Source: Salpingoeca rosetta
Taxonomy: Eukaryota; Protista; Choanoflagellata
Direction: 5' to 3'
Length of the DNA: 63,827 nucleotides
NCBI GenBank assembly: GCA_033442325.1
Contig: JAWQFM010000002.1
Span: forward strand, 564,442-628,268
Each line of letters begins with the position of its first letter. Within the stretch, counting starts at the first letter, position 1. Below the pieces are notes generated by a model. That model did not search any database. It was given only the letters and a program-made list of their open reading frames with translations, and was not told where the DNA came from. Below, piece by piece: positions 1 through 25,962 of this stretch. Both the position numbers and the translations under genes were made by a program.

Positions 1-11
1 AGAGAGAGAAA

Positions 12-42
<31 letters not shown>

Positions 43-115
43 GCGTGTGTTGTGTGTATGACAGTTGCCAGTCTGTTCGCAAGGAGTACAAGCGCATGTG
101 CTGCTGCGTTCGTAC

Positions 116-4021
<3,906 letters not shown>

Positions 4022-4434
4022 GTTGTCAGCCACAGCACCAAACAATGAACCACTTGGAGAAGACGACCAAAGGCAAGATGGAGTTGGATTTGGATGGCGC
4101 AGTGGTGCGACGTGAGACAGCTTGGATGAGCGTGTTGATTGGTGTGTGTTGTTTGTTGTTCCCCACACTGCTGCCCCTCCCCCTTCTGCCTTTGCCTTTT
4201 CTGCTTTGGCAGTCCTCACGTCAAGTTTGACAGGTGCTGAAGATAAGGCAGATTTTCCGTACTGCACAAAACCATCGACAACCGACTGACGGCGATTGCT
4301 GAGACAACCGCTTCACCGCTGCTCTTCCACCGTCTGCCTCCTTCTTCATCCTTCTTTGCTGGAGCAAGCAAGCAGGGGACGCCACCGCTTGTTGTTATTG
4401 TTGAGTGAGGACAAGACAACACACACACACGACC

Positions 4435-5837
4435 ATGAGCTCCATTGGCACAGGGGTAAGCTGGCGTTACTAGGTTGGAGTGGGCTGGAGTGAATAAATC
4501 AAATATGCATGAATGAATGTCGTTGTTTTCGTTTGCGTGTGTGTGTGTGTGTGTGTCTGTGTATGCGTGTGTATGTGTGTGTGTGTGTATGCGTGTGTGT
4601 GTGCCCTTTGCTGTCTGAGAGCGTCACTCCGTGTCCATTGATGCTGCTGTTTGCTGTTCTTGTCTGTGGGAGCGCAGTATGACTTGTCGGTGCAGACATT
4701 CTCGCCGGCCGGTCGCGTGTTCCAGATTGAATACGCACAAAAGGCAGTGGACAACAGCAGGTGTGTGTTTGTGTGTATCTGTGTCTGTGTGTCTGTGTGT
4801 CTGTGTGCCTGTGTGTGTCTGTGGCTGTGTTGACGGGTGAGTGTTTTCCAATGATGGGTTGTGGCACATGCACACGCCACACACGCCAGCCACAATAACA
4901 AGAATCATCACTTCAACAACTCAGCCGCCTGCATCTGCTCCGTTACGCTTACCGCTTTCTTCCACCCCCCCCCCCCTTATTGTCCTTCTTCCCCCCGCCT
5001 TTGCACTTGGCTGTATGTTCTTTTTCCTGCTGTGCCGTCGCGCCATCTGCGTTGCCATTTGCTTCAGCACTGTGATTGCTCTGCGTGGCAAGGATGGTGT
5101 GGTGTTTGCCGCCGAGAACACAATTGCCTCCAAGCTGCACGAGGCAAAGACAACCCGCCGCGTCGCAACCATTGATCGCCACATTGGCCTGGTTGGTTGG
5201 TGTGTGGGGGTGTACTTATACTTGCGTGCGTGCGTGCGTGTAAATATTATTGCGTGCATGTGAGTACAGTACCTCTCTGTCTTGTCTTGTCTGTCGACAG
5301 CGGCTGTCCGTGATCATGCCGCAATGTCACTCACAGCTGCGATGCCCGTGTCGCAAACCTTTCAGGCCTACTGCGGTTTTGTCACAGATGGTCGCTCGGT
5401 AAGCCAACAGGGCCAATGCACCGTCATTTTTTCCATTTGGTTCTCTGCCTGCTGATGCGATGCGTGCGTGCTCCCCACTAACCAACCTCTGTGTGTGTGT
5501 CTGTGTCTGTGTGTGTCTGTCTGTCTGTTTGTGTGTGTGTGTGTGTCTGTCTGTCTGTGTGTGTTCTCAGGTTGCCAACGAGGCGCGCTCGTATGCCACC
5601 CGCTTCCGTGACCTCTACGGGCACCCCATGCCAGTCTCGGTGAGTGTGTCTGTATGTATGTATGTGTGTGTGCGTGTACGTATCTCCAGGGGGGCTTAGT
5701 TCTCGCAAGGCCTGATCCCAACCACACCACACCTGTTTCCCCTCTGTGATGGCTGCAGAAACTGAACGACGAGCTGAGCGGCTACTTCCACATGCTCACA
5801 CTCTACGGCGCCGCCCGCCCCTGCGGCTGCAGGTGCG

Positions 5838-5896
<59 letters not shown>

Positions 5897-7045
5897 TTTG
5901 TTTGTTCGTGATTGTTTGTGTTTGTTTGTGTGTGCCTCATCTGTCTGTGTGTTTGTGTGTTGGTTTGTTTCCATCAAATCTGTCAGTTGCTTGTCTTAAT
6001 TTGTCAAAGCCTACACACCCGCACATGAATCGTTTGAGCTCACTTCAACCTCCTCACACGCCCACCTGCGCTCTCCGTCTCATGCAGCGTGCTGCTGGGT
6101 GCGTACGATGCGGCCAAGGGTCCACAGATGTACATGATCGAGCCCTCCGGTGTCTCATGGGTAAGCAGCCATGTGGATGTGTGTGGGCGGGTGCAAACAT
6201 GTGCAGGTTTGTATTGCACCCTGGGCAGCAGCTTTACTACGTGTGCTGCGATCACGTTTCGATCTTTGATGCTCACGCTGACTTCTCTGTGCGTGCTGGT
6301 TGTCGATTGCATGACAGGGCTACTACGGCTGTGCACTCGGCAAGAACAAGCAGCCTGCACACGCTGAGATTGAGAAGCTCAAGGTGCGTGTGCGTGTGTT
6401 GGGGGGTGTTCGGTTATTTGTGCGTTATGTGTGCATACGTGTGTGTGCGCGCGTGCGTGCATGGGTGCATCTTGCAATGACGGTGTGCTAGTATACGGGT
6501 GGAGGTCATCGCATGCTTGTTTCACCAACGTGCCCCCTCCCCTTCCCTCCCCTTGCTGTGTGCAGCTGTCGGAGATGACGTGCAAGGAGCTTGTCAAGGA
6601 GGCCGCACGCATGTGAGTGCCATTGCTTGTGGTGCGCCCTGGTGCGCTGTCTTTCATGAAGGCGGAGGGAACATAGAGGTGTACATGTGGATGCGTACGT
6701 GGTGTGTACATGAGGGTGTGTATGTGGGTGTATGTGCGCAAAACAATCATCCGCACGTGCATGCAAATACACCCAAACGCACCCACGAAAACGCACGTAC
6801 TCACTCACTCACCAAACAACACACTGTTCCCATTCGTTTATGTTGTCTGTGACAGCATTTATGCGACACACGACGAGTCAAAGGACAAGGACTTTGAGCT
6901 TGAGCTTGCGTGGGTGTGTGCGGACAGCAACGGGCAGTTTGAGCACGTGCCTGAGGAGCTGCACAAGGAGGCGGAGTCCTTTGCCCAGACGAGCATGGAG
7001 GAAGACAGCGACGAGGAGGATGACTCTGATGAGGACGAGGACTGA
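4435..7045 (+). CDS. PSMA3: 20S proteasome subunit alpha type-3 (alpha7), multi-exon
   Basis: MSSIGTG|[76 protein letters not shown] and an acidic tail. All junctions are GT-AG and in frame. Confidence 0.97.
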
Positions 7046-7844
7046 GCATCCAACTGACAAGACCACGCACCGTGGCTGTCCTGCTTTTGCCATTGTGTGT
7101 TGCATGCGTGTGTCGTTTTTCATGTTGTCGTTTGGTTCCTGTGCACGCATTGCACGCATTGCTTGCTTGCATTCTTGCTTGCTTCCTTGGTGGTTGATGG
7201 GATAAAGGGGACATACGAAAAGAGACCAGCCAGGCAGGAAGGAGAAAGAAGGCTGCGCTTTCATTGTCACACAGAGAGAGAGAGACACACACACACACAC
7301 ACAGAGAGAGAGAGGGGGGGGGGCACAGAGAGAGAGAGAGAGAGAGAGGCACAGAGGGAGACAGAGCAGCAGCAACAGCGGTAGCAGACACCATTTGTCA
7401 CTACATTTTGTGATGTTGTTTTCCTTCCCCGCGTTCCTTCGACACCGCCGCGCTCTCTTCCTTCACAACCACAACAACCACTGCCGCTTCGTTCGCCCCA
7501 GTGCGCGCCTCCACGCCTTTGCCAACCAACCCAGACCAACCAAAGCATTCGCAACGCGTAACCAGCAGCCAACCAACCAGCGCGAGTCCTTTTCATCCGA
7601 GGCTCCAACCAAGTTGAATACAACGGCGTTTGCTCTCCCTACGCCCCCCCCCGACCAGATCGCATCGCTTTGCCTGCTTCTCTCTCCACACGCGCGCGCT
7701 TCACATCAACGTGGGTTCTGAATCTGCTCGACACGTTGTTATGTTACATCAACCCACTGCGTCGCCTGTTTGCCTGACGTGTCTTGCGTCTTGGTCCTCC
7801 TTGCCTCATCCATTGCTTTCATCGTTGTTCCTCTACCTTGCTTG

Positions 7845-7851
7845 GTTGTCA
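7845..7851 (+). promoter_or_regulatory. Candidate RFX half-site (GTTGTCA) ~170 bp upstream of the CIMIP1-like gene
   Basis: Resembles an X-box half-site upstream of a ciliary gene. It is only a 7-mer, so chance occurrence is likely. Confidence 0.25.
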
Positions 7852-8021
7852 ACCAACCAATCAAACCACCTGCGCTGCACGCCATCACATCAGCCACCTT
7901 TCCTTTGTCGCGCCGTATTAACACACACACACACACACACGCTATCGTCGCGCGTACCAAACTTCATTCACACCTCAGTTGCTCCCGACGCACGCGAACC
8001 ATCCAGATCGCACCTGCAAAG

Positions 8022-8996
<975 letters not shown>

Positions 8997-9647
8997 TCGT
9001 CTCACGGCGACACATATTTGACCACGGTGCAACACACCTCGACTGCCAACCCCTCTTTCTGGCTGGCATCTCGTTGCTTTTCGTGTGTATTTGTGTTCAT
9101 GTTTGGTGTTTGTTTCGTGCATGCATGTGTGTGTTTGTTTCGTGTATGTATGTGTGTGCGTGTGTTTGTTTGCGTGTGTGTGTTTGTGGCCTTCTTTGGC
9201 CCCTGGCTTGTTCGCATCCACTTCACTGCTTTCTGTTTTTCTGCTTCCCCCATTCCCTTTGCTTCATTACCCACTTACACACGGCTGCATTCCGTTCTCT
9301 CTGTGTGATGATGAGTCAATCCATCTCCTCGCCCTCTTTGCATTGAGTGTGCCCTCCGTCCGTGTATGCTCTTCATTGTGGAAGGAGTTGTCTTCCAGCT
9401 GCTTCCCTGTCCCTGTCCAACCAACCCCCCCCCCACACCAAATCCATCACACTACCACCGCCACCACACCCCCTCAACGTGGCTGCACGCATGCATTGGT
9501 TCACACGTGCGCCTCGCTGCTGTGGGTTTGTTGATTGCATGCATTTGTCATCGTGCGGTGTGGTCTTTGCTGTTTGCGTAACGGTCAAACAAAGCAAAAT
9601 CACAACACCGGCAGGGGTCCCCTTGACGAAACGAATGTACAGAGAGA

Positions 9648-9686
<39 letters not shown>

Positions 9687-9693
9687 CATGAAT

Positions 9694-9746
<53 letters not shown>

Positions 9747-9766
9747 TGTGCTGGCTTGCAAGTGCA

Positions 9767-12666
<2,900 letters not shown>

Positions 12667-12802
12667 CGTGCAAGTAGTAGGTGTGCTGGGGGAGGGAAGT
12701 GTGTTGTGCAGGGGGGGTGTGGATGGGTGTTGTGCAGCAGCAGAAATTTCAATTGTCAACAAACAAGGCAGAAGACAACAGCGGATAGCAAACTTCTGTC
12801 TC

Positions 12803-14297
12803 ATGTCGTCGTCTGCGTTTCCGGTCAACTTTGAGGACAAGGACGATCCCTGGACACCGCGCGAGGGCACGACTGGTGCAGTGAGCATTGGTGCGGGTAG
12901 TATTAGTAGTGACTATAGTCATCAAGGAACTACCCACGGCACAGGCGAGGAACAGCTGACGGACGCACAAATCTCTGCGCTCCTTCCTCCATTGCCAGAA
13001 CAGCAGGACCCAGGCCTGGCTCACCTCGGTGTGTGTCTGTGTGTATCTGTATGTGTCTGTCTGTCTGTTTGCCTCTGTGTGTCTGTGTCTGTCTGTGTGT
13101 GTCTGTGTCTGTGTGTGTGTCTGTGTCTGTGTGTGTGTCTGTGTCTGTGTGTGTGTGTCTCTCTGTGTGTGTATGAGTGTGTGTGTGTGTGTGTGTGTGC
13201 CTACTTTTCTGTCTGTCTGTCTGTCTGCCTGCTCTCCCTCTGTGGATGTGAACGGTTCATGTAGATCCAACGCGCAATGCGCCGTGCTTCCACGGCAAGC
13301 GTGTACCCGCTCACCGACGCCCCTTTCATGCTTTTGTCCTCCCGCCTTAGAGCGAAAGCTGGACCGGCTGAGAAATCCCCGCACAAGTGCAACCATGAGT
13401 GGCCCAAGGATGCTCAAGGAGATGGAGCGATCAACACAGCACCAACAACCCCACCCAGCTGCTAGTACGCACCTTTGTGTGCGAGTGTGTGTGTCTGTGT
13501 CTGTGTCTGTGTCTGTGTGTCTGTGTTTATGTTTGTGTCTGTGTCTGTGTCTGTGTATGTGCGTGTGCCGTCTGTGTGTCTGTGTGTGCCGCCTGTGTGT
13601 CTGTCTCTCTGTCTCTCTGTCTCTGTCTGCGCGTGTGCCCTTTGCTACAGATCTCACGTCCTGGCGCACGCGCGTCCGCTGTGATTGCAGGCACATCCAC
13701 AGAGGCGACGTTCAACACACTTCGGACCAACGATGATCAAGCACGAGACGCAAGGTCCAACCACCACTCGCTTTTGCATTTATGTCTATGCGTGTGTGTG
13801 CGTGCGCGCTCGCTCGCTCGCTCGCTTGTCTATCTCTCTCACCCTTTCTCTCTGCTGCTTGCTGTGCATGTGGCTCACACCCTACATCTGCTGTGGTTTT
13901 CAGTTCGGAGTGGGATTCGAGCGATGACGACAATGGCTATGCAGATCTAGGGGACAGCACGGCAGAGCAGGCAAGCATGTCCACGTGCGGTTGGCTGCTG
14001 TGGTGCTGCACATGCGGCTGCTTCCGCCAGCGATCGAAGCAGCGGCCAAGGTTCCTCGGCACGGGCGTACGGCGCATGCCAAAGTCCATGGACTACAGAC
14101 CACTGCTCGCCAGCGACGATGAGGATGATGAGGATGTCATCTTCTCCTCCATCACAGGCACGCCGTCCTCCAAGAACGTGTTTGACGCGGCCGCACACAG
14201 CTCCCCCCGATCACACCAACCACCACGAAGCGTCTTTGCCCTCTCAGACTCTGACTCTGACACTTCCTTCACCCCAGACGCAACACCCGTCCTCTAG
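12803..14297 (+). CDS. Hypothetical protein, weakly CCDC32-like; Cys cluster and acidic C-terminal region
   Basis: Exons (12803-13028, ~13351-13465, ~13691-13754, ~13904-14297) join in frame at GT-AG sites. [24 protein letters not shown]...MLKEM resembles the recalled CCDC32 core (PLQDSEVYLASLEKKLRRIKG...KDML). Confidence 0.6.
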
Positions 14298-14512
14298 TGC
14301 CTCTGCGTGTGTGTGTGTGTGTATGTGTGTGTGTGTGTGCGTGAACAAAGATCTGCTTGTGCAGCCATGCAGCAGCCATGCATGCACCATCGTTACTTTG
14401 CGCCCACCTCAACTTGCTTGCTCGCTTGTTGCTTGCTTTGCCTCCTCTTCTTCCTTGCTTGGCTGTGGCGGTTTTGGAAAATCAAATGAAATCATTCATA
14501 ACAATCTGCAAG

Positions 14513-21120
<6,608 letters not shown>

Positions 21121-22145
21121 GGGGGCGCGTAGGAGCAGTAGAACACCTGTACATAGTGTGTGGGGGGGGGTAGGTGATGTTGGAGGAGAGATGGTGTGCG
21201 CGCGCGTGTGTGCGTGCGTTTGATGTTACCCTCTGCCTCTTGTTCTTGCAGTGTAGTGCTGTGCTGTGCTGTTCGCCTCTTTTTGTTATTCGCATCCGTG
21301 GCATCAGTTATCCGTTCTTCCGAGTTCCTCAGAGGTGGTTTGTAGACTGAGAGAAGTAAACGTATAATGGCCGTCGATGGCTGGCTGCTATGCAATGAAT
21401 GTCAAGGTGTATTATGGTGGGTATGTGGTGGGTGTTGATGGATTGTAGCTTGTATGGTTACATGATGTCAGTGTCTGTGGTGCACATGGTGTAACATTTT
21501 AGTACTATGTCTTTTTGTTCTGTGCTGCGCGCCGATCGCGTGCAGCTGTGTGTAGCTGCTTTGCTGTACATTATATGCGGAGACGTTCGCGCGCCTACAA
21601 CACCAACAGCACATGCTGACTGGATGTGCCAAGGTGCTACCAGTCATGTGTCGTTGCAAGTGCGCTGCACGACACATCAGCATGGCATCAACAAGAAAAC
21701 CAAGGACAACAACCCAGTGAGAACGGATGATCTGGTGCTCGTATCAACGCAAGCAAGAGAGCAAGGCTGCAAGGCTACGAGCGGTGAACTGACATCGTGA
21801 CGTTACAAGCGTTACGACAGCTTGCCTTTCTTGCTTCCTTGCTGTGCACCATCTGGCGTCACATGACAAAGAGCTAAGAGGTTGGGGGGGGGGCTGGAAG
21901 GGGAGTGCAACAAGACGACAAGAAGACAAGACAAGACTTTGATGAAGGTCCGATGAACGATGAGCGGCAACACAGTGCAATAGCAAACAAGACACTAAGA
22001 CAGTCCTTCCATGAAATGAGCGCAATGGCAGAATTCCATTTCCCCTCATTTCCACAACACGCAAACACGTGACAAGTGCGTTTGCCTTTGCTGACTTTGA
22101 TCCCACACATCACATCACTGCAAGACTGCATCACACACCAACAGC

Positions 22146-24845
22146 ATGGCGATAAGCATATCACCGACAGTGGTGGGCACAGCTGCGACCACGGTGGCCT
22201 CTGTCATGGCGGTCAACCTCATTGGCGTGCTCTCAGCACACTTCCCGAGACATCCATCGGGGCGCGTCGGCCCATCAGGTTTGCAGGAACATACGTTGTT
22301 CTTTGTGTTGAGCTGGGGAGAGTTGCATGCCGAACGCGACCTGCATGCGACATGCTCATCAAGTCGTGCGCGCTGCTGCACGACAATAGTGGCCTCATAC
22401 AACCCAACCCCTCCGCACATGCAACACACTCACCCTCTCACCCTCTCACCCACATACTCACACACGTGTGCCCAACCCATCACACCAACTTCAACGACAC
22501 GCACACACACGCACACATGTACACGTGCACATCTGCAGGGCTTGTGCCACAGCGTGCCATCTCTGCGTTGGCCACCATTGCCACAGCCATCTATGTGCCG
22601 TGTCTCACGTTCTACAGCCTCGGCAGCCGCCTGTCTGTTGACGTGTTCCAGGAGGCATGGCCGGTGCTCTTCTGGGCACCATGTACGTTGTGCTGCGAAG
22701 CGTGGCCCTGGTCACGAAGCGTTGCGATTGCCCCTGCTTTCACCCCCCCCCCCTGACCACGAGGCCGACAGGCGAACACATACCCAGCGCGCTCACACTC
22801 CCAAATGCCATGCATGTTGCTCTTGAATGCGAACACCCAACAGGCAACATCACGCTGGCAGCGGTCCTTGCCTGGCTGACCACACGCATCGCGCTTGTGC
22901 CCAAGCCGTTCCGCAAGGAGTTCCTCCTCGCGTGCTCCTTCTCCAACGTTGGCGCAGTGCCGCTTGTCATGACAGAGGTGAGGTGCTTCAACACACACAC
23001 ACACACACACATGGCCACATGGCCACATGGCCAGCTGTACGTGTACACCGTTGCCAGTCGCGCGAGAATGTGTGTGTGTGTGCGTGTGCGTACGTGTGTT
23101 TGAATTGCGCGTGCGTAGACGTGTGTGCATGCGTGTGCACATGTGCGTGTGTGCGCAAGCACCTGTGCCAGCTTGCGCACGTCAGCAGCACAGCGAGCAT
23201 CCCACACCGTCCTCGAACCTCGCCTCAACACCCCGCTCCCAATGCCGCTGCATGTCCAGGTGTTGTGCGACCAACAGCAACTAGCGCACGAGGAGGACTG
23301 CTTTGAGCGTGGAACGACGTTCATCTTCCTCTACGTATTCGGGTGGTCACTCTGCTTCTGGACCGTTGGCCTCGTCGTCATCCGCAGCTTCCAAGTAAGC
23401 GAGTGCGCATGAGTGTGTATGTTTGTTCGCGTGCGTGGAAGTGTGTGCGTTCGCACCCATGTCCCATGCACCGCCCAACGTCTTGTTCCACACAGGCTTG
23501 CTCCTTTGAGACCGTGGAACTCTTGCACACAAGCACACATACACACAAGCACACACAAGCACACACACGCATACTTACAAACATACACACAAGCACACAC
23601 ACACACACAAACACACAAACATACACACAAGCACCCACAAACATACACACAAGCACACACACATACATACAAACGTACACGTACCCTCATACACACACAC
23701 ACACACACGCGCGTGCGTGCGTGCGTGCGTGCGTACAGAACGCGGATGGAAAGACGCGGATATCGCTGTGCGAATCCCTCAAGTTCATGCTCAACCCGCC
23801 ACTCCTTGGCTGCTTGATCGGCACATTTGTTGGCCTCATCGGGCCGCTTCGACGCGTCATCTTCGACGATGGCGCACCGCTGCTCTTCATCTCATCCGCC
23901 GCCAGCGCATATGGATCGAGCGTTGTCGGCATGACAACCCTGGTCATGGCCGCCACACTCGGAAAATCGCTGACATCGCTCAACCCGCTCACGTGGTTTG
24001 GTTGCCACCACCCGCGAGGCAAGGCCACCCCAACAGACCATCAGCAGCAGCAGCAACAGGAGGACAGTGGCAGCGGTGGCAGTGAGGCAAACGGGGCGCC
24101 ACCAGCTGTGCTGGTGCAGAGCGCGGCGTCCCAACAACACCAACACGGGCGAGCATACGACGACACGCAATCGTCGTCGTTCGGGGCCGACAGCAGCAAA
24201 CTCATGTCCCCGGTGTCGCCCGAGCTGCCAGACAGCGCACGCAGCAGCACCAGCGCGGGCTCCACGTTTGTGATTGCGGACAACACACAAGATGACACAG
24301 TGGTGGACATTGACGAAGCAATCGCAGCCGTGCGCGCACAGCAACACCGTGAGCAACAACAAGTCGACAAGCAGCAGCAGGTCCAGCAGTCCAAGGGGCT
24401 GCCCGCATCAGCAGCCGGCGGCACGACCGCTGTCGGCGATGGTGATGGTGACGAGGATGAGGAAGCGGCAACGAAGCGGTGGGATGTGCGCACGCTGGTG
24501 GCATTTGTGGTAGTGTCGATGTTTGTTGGGCCGGCGATCAAGTTTGGGATTGTGCTGCTGCTTGGGGAGAGCGTGTTTACGGGGGCGAATGCGTCGCTGC
24601 TGCAGCTTGTGCTGTCGATCCAGTGTGTGACGCCGACGGCGAACCTTGTTGTTGTTGTGAACCAGCGGGAGGGGAACCGGCGGGTGGCTGAGCGGCTGTC
24701 GCGCGGGGTTGTCATGCAGTATGTCGCAGCCATCGTCACATTGCTCATAGTGACGGCCATTGCCGTGAGCTCGTTCTACGGTGACGTGGACACGGTTGAT
24801 GGCGGCCCCTCCAACGCGACGGCGGCAACCACCACCGCGCCTTGA
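22146..24845 (+). CDS. Auxin efflux carrier / PIN-LIKES (PILS, Mem_trans) family transporter, copy A, 5 exons
   Basis: Multiple hydrophobic segments; IYVPCLTFYSLG, FSNVGAVPLV, VLCD...CFERG, LNPPLLGCLIG, QCVTPTANLVVV; long central hydrophilic loop. Confidence 0.85.
24300..24739 (+). repeat. 440-bp direct repeat, copy 1 (coding); matches 28020-28459 with one mismatch
   Basis: Line-by-line comparison at offset 3720. The only difference is C24677 vs T28397 (synonymous AAC/AAT). Confidence 0.95.
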
Positions 24846-25016
24846 GGAAGGGAGGACAAGCCAGGTGTAGCGTTGGGGGGGGGGGGTGGTTGATGCGTCG
24901 TGTGGTGGTGGCATTTTGGTGCTTGGTTGTGGTTGCGCTTGTTACCGCTTCTGTTTTGGCACAACCTCGCATTGCCTTTGTGTCCCTTGCTGTTTGGCGC
25001 CCCCCCCCCCTCGCGC

Positions 25017-25105
<89 letters not shown>

Positions 25106-25205
25106 NNNNNNNNNNNNNNNNNNNNNNNNNNNNNNNNNNNNNNNNNNNNNNNNNNNNNNNNNNNNNNNNNNNNNNNNNNNNNNNNNNNNNNNNNNNNNNN
25201 NNNNN
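25106..25205. other. Assembly gap (100 N) in a (GT)n tract between the PILS paralogs
   Basis: Run of N. Confidence 0.99.
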
Positions 25206-25962
25206 TGTGTGTGTGTGTCTGTGTGTGTCTGTGTCTGTGTGTGTCTGTGTGTGTGTGTGTGTCTGTGTGTCTGTGTCTGTGTGTGTGTCTGTGTGTGTGT
25301 GTCTGTGTGTGTGTGCGTGTGTGTGTGTCTGTGTCTGTGCTCTTGGGCGTGTGTGCGTGTGCTCTTGGGCGTGTGCTCTTGGGCGTTGGGTATTATTGGC
25401 ATCGTTTGTGATGCAGGTTTTCATACTGTTTGTAGGTAGTAGCTCGCTCGCTCGCTCGCTCAGTTCTCGTTTACACGAACCCATCATTACATTAAAGTAC
25501 CTCGTGTCGCGGCTTTCGCCCTCATGACAAGAGAAGAGACGATGCACGAACGTTGCGTGTGTGCGTGTGTGCGTGTCAACGTGTGTTCGTGGCTGACACA
25601 CACGCACTCACACGCACGCACACACACGCACTCACACGCACACACAGATGCAATCACACCACCACACACACAATCTCTCGCATCTTGTCAGCCAGCGCGT
25701 TTCGATGTTTTGATTGCGTGGCGAGGGAGCGAATAATTGCGTCATTCGAAATTGCTTGCTTGGGACAAGGACCAAAGGCTGCTGGTGATGCTGGACCGTT
25801 CACCGTCATCATGGCACACAGCATGGGGATGACGAAGGGTTGCACCTCATTACACACACCCAAGCACACCCGCTTCGGTCAGCCATCGAAAGTCAGCCGC
25901 GTTCACAACCGAGAGAGCCACTTATTCCAACGCCACACCAGAGAGCAACGCGTGAGGCAAGG

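Noticed and set aside
4022-4267. In-frame upstream extension of the PTP first exon
   Set aside because: No in-frame ATG upstream of 4021 in this ORF (the track uses a non-ATG start); likely 5' UTR or promoter.
21121-22145. 1-kb repeat-poor intergenic region as a possible hidden gene or ncRNA
   Set aside because: No convincing exon chain, tRNA/snRNA/snoRNA motif or terminal repeat recognised by eye. An Infernal/Rfam scan would be needed to exclude an RNA gene.
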